Shown: one piece after another, positions 63,889-64,000 of the stretch | How the letters are laid out: each line of letters begins with the position of its first letter | Position numbering within the stretch: position 1 is the stretch's first letter | NCBI GenBank assembly: GCA_965237955.1 | Contig: OZ250169.1 | Span: forward strand, 3,872,001-3,936,000 | Source of the DNA: Candidatus Marinacidobacterales bacterium | GTDB lineage: Bacteria > Acidobacteriota > Vicinamibacteria > Marinacidobacterales > SMYC01 | Length of the DNA stretch: 64,000 nucleotides | Reading direction: 5' to 3' | Translations under genes and position numbers: made by a program | The notes under the pieces: generated by a model | The model's database searches: none | What the model saw: the letters and a program-made list of their open reading frames with translations, nothing else | Told to the model about the DNA's origin: nothing

Positions 63889-64000
63889 GTGGAGGTGGAG
63901 GGATTCGCGAGCGGGTTGTTGGCGCCGGGCACGAGAGTGTTGAGGATGTCCGGGAATTGCTCAAGCTTTGTGGCGGCCCGAGCCAGCAACGACGGATCGA

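Overview
GC-rich bacterial accessory region; the gene repertoire suggests Acidobacteriota, but that is inference. It is a patchwork of intact catabolic/periplasmic genes, gene fragments and mobile DNA. Intact genes include a TctABC + MmgE/PrpD + SDR operon, NHL and YncE-like beta-propellers, a PQQ dehydrogenase, a GMC/gluconate-2-DH-subunit-3 pair, exported amidases, a VPS10-type protein, DUF169 + bacilliredoxin and an RHH/MazF toxin-antitoxin pair. Mobile DNA comprises an IS110, two near-identical IS5, two IS21, an IS256, a truncated IS630, an ISAzo13, an IS3, an IS1111 remnant and integrase-core relics. Highlights read directly from the sequence: (1) the IS110 carries an upstream structured non-coding RNA whose two loops match its own junctions around a CT core (bridge-RNA-like); (2) a 133-bp MITE occurs three times, has IS630-like ends, and one copy splits an AbiEi antitoxin gene missed by the ORF track; (3) an integrase-less attC cassette array at ~59.2-64 kb has two cassettes with sibling attC sites, a shared 39-bp operator-like motif and inverted cargo, one of which starts with phage/satellite-like small genes. 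No rRNA, complete tRNA or CRISPR array was found. Family assignments are by motif recognition only; no searches were run.
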